A stretch of 64,000 bases of DNA from an uncultured Rhodobacteraceae bacterium. GTDB lineage: Bacteria > Pseudomonadota > Alphaproteobacteria > Rhodobacterales > Rhodobacteraceae. The translations under genes and the position numbers were made by a program. The notes under the pieces are model-generated. The model was not told the DNA's origin and did not search any database. It saw only the letters and a program-made list of their open reading frames with translations. Location of the stretch: NCBI GenBank assembly GCA_947494445.1, contig CANLVD010000005.1:184947-248946 (forward strand). The letters are read 5' to 3'. Positions 8,861 through 17,407 of the stretch are shown one piece after another (positions within the stretch are counted from its first letter, which is position 1; the number at the start of each line of letters is the position of its first letter).

Positions 8861-10594
8861 TTAATCGTCCTCAAAAGGATCCCAGTCAGGCCCGGTCATG
8901 TCTTCGGGGTCTTCGTAAGCCTCCGGGGCATCAGCCTGCGGTAAGGTGACCTCGATGCTGCGCGGGTTCACTTGCGGGAAGGCATCCAGAATGGCCTGCA
9001 CGACAGGATTGGCCATCGCCTGACCTTTCAGACTGTCTTTGCGGGCATCGCGCGCTTCGGCCAGCGTGACGTCGCCGCCACTGCTTACAATGCTGACCCC
9101 CCAGCGCGCTCCGGTCCAGTCCTGCAATTTTCGCCCAAGTCGGGCCGCCAGATCTGCTGGCGCGCCATCTGCCGGTTCGAATTCAATACGGCCGGGCGTG
9201 TAGTTGGCCAGTTTGACATAAGTCTCGACATCGATCTGTAGGGTCATGTCGCGCCGTGCCTTGATCAAGTCTATCACATGGTCAAAAGTCTTGAAGCGCG
9301 ACAGGGCATCTTCGGCCTCGACCGGGGCAGGAGCAGCAATGGGAAGAGCACCTCCGCCCGCAAGACGCATCCGTGCGGTGGTGCCGCCCTGTGGTGCGGC
9401 AGGTGCCGCCTGACCAGCGGCGATCGTGCCGGATTGCGCGGCCTGCAATTTCCTGACCAGATCACCGGGGCTGGGCAGATCGGCCACATGGGTCAGGCGA
9501 ATGATCGCCATCTCGGCTGCCATCATGGCATTGGGGGCGGCTGCGACCTCTTCGAGAGCCTTGAGCAGCATCTGCCACATCCGCGTCAGCGCGCGCATCG
9601 GCAGCTTTTCACCAAGATCCAGACCGCGCGCGCGTTCATCAGGTGACACTGTCGGGTCTTCTGCGGCCTCCGGCGTGATTTTCACGACAGACACCCAATG
9701 GGTGACCTCCGCCAGATCGCGCAGGACAGCCATCGGGTCGGCCCCGTCGGCATATTGACCAGACAATTCGCTGAGTGCTGCTGCAGCCTCTCCTTTCATG
9801 ATCAACTCAAAGAGATCGAGAACCCGGCCCCGGTCCGCCAGCCCCAGCATGGCGCGCACCTGATCGGCAGAGGTCTCGCCCGCCCCATGGGCAATGGCCT
9901 GATCCATCAGCGACAGTGCATCCCGCATCGAGCCTTCGGCGGCGCGCACGATCAGGGCCAGAGCGTCCGCTGCAATTGCGGCATCTTCCTTGGTCGCGAT
10001 CCCGGCCAGATACTCCAGCATCGCATCCGCTTCGATCCGGCGCAGATCGAACCGCTGGCACCGCGAAAGCACCGTGACCGGTACTTTGCGGATCTCGGTC
10101 GTGGCAAAGATGAACTTCACATGGGCAGGCGGCTCTTCGAGGGTTTTGAGCAGCGCATTGAAGGCGGAGGTGCTGAGCATGTGCACCTCGTCGATGATAT
10201 AGACCTTGTAGCGCGCGGAGGCGGCCGAATAATTCACACTGTCGATGATCTCGCGAATGTCATTCACGCCGGTACGCGAGGCGGCATCCATTTCCAGCAC
10301 GTCGACGTGGCGACCCTCGGCAATGGCGGTGCAGGCGTCGCATTCCCCGCAGGGATCCGTGGTCGCACCACCGGTGCCGTCCGGCCCGGTGCAGTTCAGT
10401 CCCTTGGCGATGATCCGGGCTGTGGTGGTCTTGCCGACCCCGCGCACACCGGTCATCACGAAGGCATGGGCAATGCGATCAGCGGTAAATGCGTTCTTAA
10501 GGGTGCGGACCATCGCCTCCTGACCGATAAGATCGGCAAAAGTGGCAGGGCGGTACTTGCGGGCAAGCACCTGATAGGCGGGCTGGTCGGTCAT
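8861..10594 (-). CDS. dnaX: DNA polymerase III subunit gamma/tau
   Basis: 577 aa with AAA+ Walker A GVRGVGKTT, a zinc module CGECDAC and SRCQRF sensor motifs. Confidence 0.95.
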   Translation of the reverse strand: MTDQPAYQVLARKYRPATFADLIGQEAMVRTLKNAFTADRIAHAFVMTGVRGVGKTTTARIIAKGLNCTGPDGTGGATTDPCGECDACTAIAEGRHVDVLEMDAASRTGVNDIREIIDSVNYSAASARYKVYIIDEVHMLSTSAFNALLKTLEEPPAHVKFIFATTEIRKVPVTVLSRCQRFDLRRIEADAMLEYLAGIATKEDAAIAADALALIVRAAEGSMRDALSLMDQAIAHGAGETSADQVRAMLGLADRGRVLDLFELIMKGEAAAALSELSGQYADGADPMAVLRDLAEVTHWVSVVKITPEAAEDPTVSPDERARGLDLGEKLPMRALTRMWQMLLKALEEVAAAPNAMMAAEMAIIRLTHVADLPSPGDLVRKLQAAQSGTIAAGQAAPAAPQGGTTARMRLAGGGALPIAAPAPVEAEDALSRFKTFDHVIDLIKARRDMTLQIDVETYVKLANYTPGRIEFEPADGAPADLAARLGRKLQDWTGARWGVSIVSSGGDVTLAEARDARKDSLKGQAMANPVVQAILDAFPQVNPRSIEVTLPQADAPEAYEDPEDMTGPDWDPFEDD

Positions 10595-10682
10595 CGATTC
10601 CCTCGCGAGGTTCAGGCCGGGGTGAGACTAGAAGCCTCAGCCCATGGCGACAAGATGCATTGGCCCCGGCGTGCCGGGGCCA

Positions 10683-10716
10683 GCCTCCGGCGGGAGTATT
10701 TGGGGAAACTCGAAAG
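10683..10716 (+). repeat. intergenic repeat copy B (GCCTCCGGCGGGAGTATTTGGGGAAACTCGAAAG)
   Basis: Near-identical to the copy at 28898. Both translate as RREYLGK in track ORFs. Preceded by the hairpin GGCCCCGGCGTGCCGGGGCC. Confidence 0.75.
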
Positions 10717-10720
10717 CTGG

Positions 10721-11191
10721 TCAGAGAGGTCGCGAGATCCAGCGTCCGGTGCGCTGAAAATACTGTTCTGCCTGAGCACCGAAAGCTTCACGCAGGCGGG
10801 CTTCTTCATCTTTGATGAAGCGGGAGGTTAAGATGATCGGAAAGAGGATCAGGACAATGAAGGGGCTGAGCGCGCAAAGCCTCAAGACCACGCCCGCAAG
10901 GATCAGGAATAGCCCCAGATAGATCGGATTGCGTGACAGACGGAACGGGCCTTCGACAATCAGGGCGGTCGGCATCTTATGTGGCTCGATGCGGGTTTTC
11001 TTGGCGTAGAACCAGAGAGCTGCCCACAGGATCAGTCCAAGGCCAAGTGCAATCAGCAGATAGCCGGTGGGTGTGGCACCGGGGATGCCGAATTCCACGA
11101 TCGGCAGGTATGCAGTCAGAAGATGGGCCGTGGCATATGCGCCGAGAAACCAGATGGGCGGCAGATCGGGAAAGCCTTTGAAATGATCCAT
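10721..11191 (-). CDS. isoprenylcysteine carboxyl methyltransferase (ICMT)/phospholipid methyltransferase-family membrane protein
   Basis: Motif GPFRLSRNPIYLGLFL. The start is moved to the internal ATG (MDHFKGF) because the track ORF N-terminus (to 11287) overlaps the SRP RNA. Confidence 0.7.
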   Translation of the reverse strand: MDHFKGFPDLPPIWFLGAYATAHLLTAYLPIVEFGIPGATPTGYLLIALGLGLILWAALWFYAKKTRIEPHKMPTALIVEGPFRLSRNPIYLGLFLILAGVVLRLCALSPFIVLILFPIILTSRFIKDEEARLREAFGAQAEQYFQRTGRWISRPL

Positions 11192-11273
11192 GCTCCAATT
11201 GCGCTCCGGTAGAATTGCGACGATCCTCAAAACCCCAAGGGTCAAACACGTCACAGTGCAGGGGGCAAAAGGT

Positions 11274-11367
11274 GAGAGGCTGGACAACGACCCAAGCGGG
11301 GCTCGTTACGGCTGCTTCCTTCCGGATCTGACCGGGTTGGCGAGGCGCTCACCCGCGCCAACCTCTC
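11274..11367 (-). ncRNA. ffs: signal recognition particle RNA (small bacterial 4.5S type)
   Basis: The minus strand reads GAGAGGUUGG...GGUCAGAUCCGGAAGGAAGCAGCC...CCAGCCUCUC. This carries the conserved domain IV motif, a closing helix formed by the 5' and 3' ends, and then CUUUUG. Confidence 0.85.
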
Positions 11368-11374
11368 GACTCGC

Positions 11375-11403
11375 TAGATAGGCCGATTGCCGATGCACTG
11401 CAA
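11375..11403 (-). promoter_or_regulatory. candidate sigma70-type promoter of ffs
   Basis: Minus strand TTGCAG-17 nt-TATCTA, with the -10 element ending 7 nt before the predicted RNA 5' end. Confidence 0.45.
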
Positions 11404-11471
11404 GGGTTGAGCGCGGGCAAGGTGGTCAAAGGCCATTTACGCGCTTTGGCATCCATGGCACATCTCGGGCC

Positions 11472-12446
11472 ATGAGAGATGCTGAATCAGTCACGTTTTC
11501 CGGTGGCACATTGGATCGGGCTGCGCATTTGCGCGGCGATGCAGCGGCACTTGCCCGTCTGGCGGCGGATCCGACGGCCCGCACGATGGTGCTGTGGCGG
11601 GGCAAGCCGGTCCTGACAGGGGACACGGCCCGGCTGGACTGGTTGCCGATGGATGCAGCCGTATTGAAGGAGGCGGGCTCGCCGCCGATTTTTCTGGGTC
11701 TGGAGAATGGTGCGCCGCGTTTTGCCCATGATGTCTCGGCCTGGGAGGATCCGGATGCTGACAGGGATGCCTTGACATCCTTTCGCGATCCGTCCGCCAA
11801 CCAGCACCCGAGCTTTGCACCCGATCAGGCGTTTCGTGACCTGCGTGCCAATATGGGTGATCTCAGCCCTCAGGACGCGGGCAATGCGGCTGCGGCCAAG
11901 GGAATATTCTCCTGGCATCAGAGCCACCTGTTCTGCGCGCGTTGCGGCGGCGCCTCAGATGTAACGGAAGCTGGCTGGCGGCGGACCTGCCGGGACTGTG
12001 GTGCACATCATTTTCCGCGCACCGACCCGGTCGTGATCATGCTGATCGTGCGGGGCAATTCGGTGCTGCTGGGCCGTTCACCCGGCTGGCCCGATGGGAT
12101 GTATTCACTGCTTGCAGGGTTCATGGAGCCGGGCGAAAGCATCGAGGCGGCTGTGCGGCGCGAGGTGATGGAAGAAACCAGCATCACTGTGGGTGAGGTC
12201 GGCTATTTGTCATCCCAACCCTGGCCGTTTCCAGCCTCGCTGATGATCGGCTGCTGGGGCAAGGCAACATCCCAGACCATCCAGTTGGATCCGGTGGAAC
12301 TAGAAGATGCGCGCTGGGTCAGCCGGGAGGACGTGATGGCTGCCATGGATGGCCGCAACCCCGATCTGCTGCCTGCTCGCCACGGCTCCATCGCGCGCTT
12401 TCTGCTCGACAAGTGGCTAGCGGATCGTGTGACGCTGGAGCTTTAG
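11472..12446 (+). CDS. nudC: NAD(+) diphosphatase (NADH pyrophosphatase)
   Basis: Zinc ribbon CARCGG...CRDCG followed by the Nudix box GFMEPGESIEAAVRREVMEETSI. Confidence 0.85.
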   Translation: MRDAESVTFSGGTLDRAAHLRGDAAALARLAADPTARTMVLWRGKPVLTGDTARLDWLPMDAAVLKEAGSPPIFLGLENGAPRFAHDVSAWEDPDADRDALTSFRDPSANQHPSFAPDQAFRDLRANMGDLSPQDAGNAAAAKGIFSWHQSHLFCARCGGASDVTEAGWRRTCRDCGAHHFPRTDPVVIMLIVRGNSVLLGRSPGWPDGMYSLLAGFMEPGESIEAAVRREVMEETSITVGEVGYLSSQPWPFPASLMIGCWGKATSQTIQLDPVELEDARWVSREDVMAAMDGRNPDLLPARHGSIARFLLDKWLADRVTLEL

Positions 12447-12450
12447 GGGC

Positions 12451-12924
12451 ATGTTTTCGCTCTCGGCCAGCCGCGTGCTGAAACTGCCGCAACGCCAGGC
12501 CTTTATCTATGCAACTGATTTCACGCGCTATCAGGCACTGGCCCGCAAGCGCGGCGTTGTGCTGGAAAGCCTCAGTCCCGGCGCGGTCACACTTGGTCAC
12601 AAATGGCGGATCACAAGGGTCAAATCGGGGGAGGAGACCAGAACGGAAGTGGAGATCGTGGACTTCCAGCCGACGTCCGCGATTGCCTATGGCGCGACTG
12701 TGCGGCGCAATGACGTGACAGTGGCGCTGGAACTGACCGAGGAGGCCGCAGAGCGGTGCCGGATGACGGTCGATATCGAGGTGGTGCCAAATGGCCTGCG
12801 CGGACGCGTGACGCTTGCGCCCCTGTTGCTCGCCAAGGCCCGGGCAACCAAGGCGCTGGAGAAGGGCCTGCAAAGGTTGGCGCGGGACTGGGAGGCTGAT
12901 TACCTCAAAGGGCTGGGAGACTAG
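12451..12924 (+). CDS. hypothetical protein (possible SRPBCC fold)
   Basis: 157 aa ORF tightly packed between nudC and the GNAT gene. No diagnostic motif seen. Confidence 0.45.
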   Translation: MFSLSASRVLKLPQRQAFIYATDFTRYQALARKRGVVLESLSPGAVTLGHKWRITRVKSGEETRTEVEIVDFQPTSAIAYGATVRRNDVTVALELTEEAAERCRMTVDIEVVPNGLRGRVTLAPLLLAKARATKALEKGLQRLARDWEADYLKGLGD

Positions 12925-12926
12925 GC

Positions 12927-13475
12927 GTGTCAGTTTCATTTGATCGCCAGCCCTGGCTTGAGGATGCCGATCTGTGTCTCAGACCCTTGGAAAGGGACGA
13001 TCTGGACGGGCTTTATGCGGCTGCCTCGGAGCCTGAGACATGGGCTGGCCATCCCGCAAAGGACCGGCATCTGCACAGTGTCTTCCTGCCGTATTTCGAG
13101 TTTCTTTTGGCATCACACTCCACGCTGGTGGTGGTTGAGCAGGCAAGCGGAAAGATCATCGGCTGTTCGCGATATTACACCGCACCCGATCGTCCTGACA
13201 CCATTTCCATTGGCTTTACCTTTCTGCGACACGTCCATTGGGGCGGCGCGGTCAATCTTGCGCTTAAGCGTCTGATGCTGACCCATGCGTTCGCGCATTT
13301 TGATGCGGTCTGGTTTCACATCGACCCGACAAACATCAGGTCACAGAAGGCCACGGCGAAACTCGGGGCGGCGCATGTCTATGATGCTGTGCTTGATCTA
13401 TCCGGTGCGCCTGCCAAGTGGATGTGTTTCCGGTTGGATCGCACGGTCTGGGAGGATCGGGTGGCCGCGCGCTGA
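12927..13475 (+). CDS. GNAT family N-acetyltransferase
   Basis: 182 aa with RimJ/RimL-like layout (LRPLERDDLDGLY ... acetyl-CoA binding region). Confidence 0.75.
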   Translation: MSVSFDRQPWLEDADLCLRPLERDDLDGLYAAASEPETWAGHPAKDRHLHSVFLPYFEFLLASHSTLVVVEQASGKIIGCSRYYTAPDRPDTISIGFTFLRHVHWGGAVNLALKRLMLTHAFAHFDAVWFHIDPTNIRSQKATAKLGAAHVYDAVLDLSGAPAKWMCFRLDRTVWEDRVAAR

Positions 13476-13534
13476 GCGGATACCGCGACACCCTGCCATC
13501 TCAAACCCCGGTTCGGCCGACATATATTCGGATT

Positions 13535-13993
13535 ATGAAGATCACGGCTGATGCCTTTGCCTATCGTGCAGATCCTCACGTACCACCGTTTGAGGATGAA
13601 GGCGCGATTGTCGTAATGGATGCGGAATGTGGGCTTTGTGCCAAGGGCGCTCGATGGATTGCCCGCAACGACAGCCAAGATGAATTCCGGATTGTCCCGG
13701 TTCAGTCCCCGCTTGGGCAGGCTCTGCTCATCCATTTCGGGCTTGATCCCGACGATCCTGTGTCCTGGCTCTATCTGAAAGCGGGCAGGTGCTATACATC
13801 GCTTGACGCGATCATCCGGGTGGGCAACAGGCTGGGAGGTGTCTGGCGTGGTCTGGCCGTATTTCGTGTGATGCCACGTTGGCTGCAGGACGGGCTCTAC
13901 GGTTTTGTAGCGCGCAAGCGGTACCGGATTGGCGGGCGGGTTGAGATGTGCAGTCTGAAGGATCCCGAGATCGAACGTCGGATGATGACATGA
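13535..13993 (+). CDS. DCC1-like thiol-disulfide oxidoreductase (DUF393 family)
   Basis: Start taken at MKITADAF. Has the characteristic DAECGLC motif near the N-terminus. Confidence 0.7.
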   Translation: MKITADAFAYRADPHVPPFEDEGAIVVMDAECGLCAKGARWIARNDSQDEFRIVPVQSPLGQALLIHFGLDPDDPVSWLYLKAGRCYTSLDAIIRVGNRLGGVWRGLAVFRVMPRWLQDGLYGFVARKRYRIGGRVEMCSLKDPEIERRMMT

Positions 13994-15648
13994 AGCTTCT
14001 GATCCTTGGCGGTTATGGTGTGTTCGGAGGACGGCTTGCACGTTTGCTGGTGGATCTGAACGGGTTGGACATTGTGATTGCAGGGCGATCTGCGGTCAAA
14101 GCACAGGCATTCGTCAACGACGTGCAGGGGGCAGCAATACTGTCGGCTGTGGCTCTTGACCGGAATGAGATTGCAACGAGTTTGCCCGGAATTATGCCGG
14201 ATCTTCTGGTGGATGCCTCGGGCCCGTTTCAGGCCTATGGCGATGATCCCTATGGGGTTGTCAAAGCCTGCCTTGGAATCGGCTGCCACTATCTTGATCT
14301 GGCAGATGGAGCAGAGTTTGTCGCAGGGATCGGGCAGTTTGATGCAGAGGCTAAAGCCAGAGGGCTGATTGTCAGATCCGGCTTGTCGACCTGTCCTGCG
14401 TTGACTTCCGCCGTGGTCAGCGCGTTTGAACGCGAGATGACGGTCACCTCATTGGCAGGGGGCATTGCGCCGTCGCCCAGAGCAGGCGTTGGAGAGACTG
14501 TTTTGCGCGCAGTGCTGGGATATGCCGGTCAGGACCTCGACTTGATGCGGGATGGCCGAATGACCAGCGCCAAAGCTCTGGTGGAACGCCGCCGGATGAC
14601 GATTGCACCGCCGGGAAAACTTCCTTTGCACAACAAGCCGTTTTCCCTGGTCGAGGTGCCTGATCTGCGGCTCTTGCCCAAAACCCGACCCGACCTGCGC
14701 GATATCTGGTTTGGTGCAGGCGTCGTGCCGGAGGTGTTTCAGCGGCTCCTTAACTTTCTGGCCCGTGCACGAGCCACGATTGGTGGTCCTGACCTGACAG
14801 GTCTTGCGCCTGTGGCGCACAAGGTTTTGAGCCTCTTTGCAATCGGTGAGCATCGCGGGGGCATGATCATGGTAGCTGAGGGTCTGCGGGGTGGTCAGCC
14901 TGTGACCATGTCCTGGCATCTGGTGGCTGAGGGCGACGACGGGCCGAATATTCCGGCACTTGCCAGCGAAGTGATGATCCGCCGGATCAAAGCGGGTGAT
15001 CTGCCGGAGGCTGGCGCGAGGCCCGCAATCGGAGATGTGACGCTGGCGGAGTTTGAAACCGCTTTCGCGCACCACGCCATCACGACCGGATTTCACCGCG
15101 AGCCACCTGCTCAGGCGACCCTGTTTCAACAATTGATGGGTTCGGCTTTTGACGACTTGCCCCTAAGCCTGCAACGGTTTCATGGCCAGAGTGGCAAGAC
15201 AACCTGGACCGGCCGCGCGGATGTCATCGGGTCCGGCAATCCGCTTGCAAAGATGATTTCGAGGATCTTTCGCTTTCCTGCACCCGGCAAGGACCAGCCG
15301 CTGACGGTAACCGTGTCGCCTTACAAGGATGGCGAACGCTGGGTGCGAACATATGGCACGCGGTCCATGGTCAGCACTCTGCGACCCGGTGTTGGCCGCT
15401 CGGACAGGTTGATTGTCGAGCGATTCGGTCCGGTGGCTGTGCATATGGCGCTGGTTGTTGAAGATGAGCGACTGCAATTGGTGCCACGGCGGATGACCAT
15501 ATTCGGCGTGCCTTTGCCCGCAAGACTGTTGCCAGGTGATCTGTGTTTCGAGCAGGACCGTGCGGGTGTCTTCGGTTTTGACGTGACGCTCAGCCTGCCC
15601 GGCGTGGGCCGGATCGTGACCTATCGCGGAACTCTTGCCCAGCGGTGA
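13990..15648 (+). CDS. saccharopine dehydrogenase-like NAD(P)-binding protein with a DUF4166-like C-terminal domain
   Basis: Start at MKLLILGGYGVFGG (Rossmann GxGxxG), overlapping the preceding stop (ATGA). Confidence 0.65.
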   Translation: MKLLILGGYGVFGGRLARLLVDLNGLDIVIAGRSAVKAQAFVNDVQGAAILSAVALDRNEIATSLPGIMPDLLVDASGPFQAYGDDPYGVVKACLGIGCHYLDLADGAEFVAGIGQFDAEAKARGLIVRSGLSTCPALTSAVVSAFEREMTVTSLAGGIAPSPRAGVGETVLRAVLGYAGQDLDLMRDGRMTSAKALVERRRMTIAPPGKLPLHNKPFSLVEVPDLRLLPKTRPDLRDIWFGAGVVPEVFQRLLNFLARARATIGGPDLTGLAPVAHKVLSLFAIGEHRGGMIMVAEGLRGGQPVTMSWHLVAEGDDGPNIPALASEVMIRRIKAGDLPEAGARPAIGDVTLAEFETAFAHHAITTGFHREPPAQATLFQQLMGSAFDDLPLSLQRFHGQSGKTTWTGRADVIGSGNPLAKMISRIFRFPAPGKDQPLTVTVSPYKDGERWVRTYGTRSMVSTLRPGVGRSDRLIVERFGPVAVHMALVVEDERLQLVPRRMTIFGVPLPARLLPGDLCFEQDRAGVFGFDVTLSLPGVGRIVTYRGTLAQR

Positions 15649-16485
15649 TCAGGGCGCGTCTTCGCGGAACGGGTCAGCCGGATAGACCCCAAGCACCTTT
15701 AGGTAGGAGGTAAAAAAGCTCAGTTCTTCCATCGCGCGGGCCACAGCCGGGTCGTCTGGATGGCCTTCGATGTCGGCATAGAATTGCGTGGCGGTGAACG
15801 AGCCGTCGACCATATAGCTTTCGAGCTTGACCATGTTGACCGAATTGGTCGCAAACCCACCCATTGCCTTGTAGAGCGCTGCCGGCAAGTTGCGGACGCG
15901 GAAAACGAAACTGGTCAGCACTTTCTGATCCGATGGTGCGGGCATCGGCTCGGGCGACATGATCAGGAACCGTGTGGTGTTGGAGTGGTTGTCTTCTATA
16001 TGTTCTGCCAGCACATCCAGCCCATAGATCTCTCCCGCCAGAGGCGAGGCCAGTGCTGCAAGCGTGGGGTCATCCCCATCACGCACGGCCTTGGCCGATC
16101 CGGCTGTGTCGAACCCGGTGATCCGCGCGATATTGTGTTGTTTGAGAAACGTCCGGCACTGGCCAAGCAGAACCGTGTGACTGGTCGCCCGCGTGATGTC
16201 TTCCAGCGTGACGCCTGGTTTGCCCAGCAGGTTGATGTGGACCCGCACAAAATGCTCGCCATGGATCTGCATGCCGCTTTCGGGCAGAAGCTGATGCACA
16301 TCGGCCACCCGGCCATAGGTCGAGTTTTCGACGGGAATCATCGCGATGTCAGCGTCACCGGCATGCACTGCATCCAGTGCGCCCTCGAATGTCGCGCAGG
16401 GCAGGGGCTCAAAATCCGGGCGTGCTTCAATGCATGCCTGATGAGAATAGGCCCCCAATTCACCCTGAAACGCTATTTTCGCCAT
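15649..16485 (-). CDS. pheA: prephenate dehydratase
   Basis: 278 aa beginning IAFQGELGAYSHQA, with an IPVENS motif and a C-terminal ACT-like region. Confidence 0.9.
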   Translation of the reverse strand: MAKIAFQGELGAYSHQACIEARPDFEPLPCATFEGALDAVHAGDADIAMIPVENSTYGRVADVHQLLPESGMQIHGEHFVRVHINLLGKPGVTLEDITRATSHTVLLGQCRTFLKQHNIARITGFDTAGSAKAVRDGDDPTLAALASPLAGEIYGLDVLAEHIEDNHSNTTRFLIMSPEPMPAPSDQKVLTSFVFRVRNLPAALYKAMGGFATNSVNMVKLESYMVDGSFTATQFYADIEGHPDDPAVARAMEELSFFTSYLKVLGVYPADPFREDAP

Positions 16486-16618
16486 TTTCCCCTCACAAAC
16501 CGATTGGTCGATTGGTCGCGGTTTCTACACCTTGATCCCGACCAGTGAAAGCGAATAGATACGGGGCAATCCCAACGGCTGGAATTCTGCCGAACCAAAG
16601 ACCGAGGTTTGAGAACAC

Positions 16619-17152
16619 ATGGATACGATGGAAATCACAAAGATCGTGGGCGCCAGCTGTGGGGCTCTGCTTCTGTTTCTCGTGATCAACACGGGTGCCG
16701 AGGCGATCTATCACTCTGGCGGCCATGGTGGCGGGCACGGAGACGATCACGGCATGGCCTACCCGATCGAGGTCGAAGTGGCGTCGGTTGCGGATGAGGA
16801 TGCCGAGCCTGTGGTCGAAGTGGCATTTGGCGAGCTTTATGCAGTTGCCGATGCGGCAGCAGGCGAAAAACTGTTCCGGGCCTGTGCGTCGTGCCACAAG
16901 CTGGAAGCAGGTTCGAATGCGGTTGGCCCCTACCTTCACGGTGTTGTCGGGCGTGACATCGCGTCGGCCAGCGGGTTCGACAAGTATTCCAGTTCTCTGG
17001 AAGAAGCCGAAGGCAACTGGGATCCAGAAGTGCTGCAGGCTTTCCTTGAGAACCCCAAAGGGTTTGCCTCAAACACAGTCATGGCCTATCGCGGCATGAA
17101 GGATCCAGTGGACCGGGCAAATCTGATCGCCTATCTCGCGACCTTCAACTGA
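16619..17152 (+). CDS. membrane-anchored class I cytochrome c
   Basis: N-terminal TM helix, heme motif CASCH, and a distal Met region (VMAYRGM). Confidence 0.85.
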   Translation: MDTMEITKIVGASCGALLLFLVINTGAEAIYHSGGHGGGHGDDHGMAYPIEVEVASVADEDAEPVVEVAFGELYAVADAAAGEKLFRACASCHKLEAGSNAVGPYLHGVVGRDIASASGFDKYSSSLEEAEGNWDPEVLQAFLENPKGFASNTVMAYRGMKDPVDRANLIAYLATFN

Positions 17153-17232
17153 TTGGCGCGGCGTCAATTGACCCAGAATTCGGAATGGCCCTGCGGGGCC
17201 ATTTTTCGTTTGAGCGCCTGCGGCGCGGTTTT

Positions 17233-17269
17233 CGCCCCGCTGGGGATATTTGGGCCAAGAAGTGTGGGG
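17233..17269 (+). repeat. intergenic repeat copy C (CGCCCCGCTGGGGATATTTGGGCCAAGAAGTGTGGGG)
   Basis: Matches copy A over GGGGATATTT...CCAAGAAGTG.GG. Confidence 0.6.
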
Positions 17270-17407
17270 GTGGCAGAGGGATGCCTCTCGTGCTGGTGCA
17301 AGGTGACATGTAATCAAGACGGCTCACATTCATGAAATCGGCCTTTACGCGGGGTGGATGTGCATTACTGTAATGAAATCGTTTCGATTGCCATCCGGGA
17401 GCCCGAC

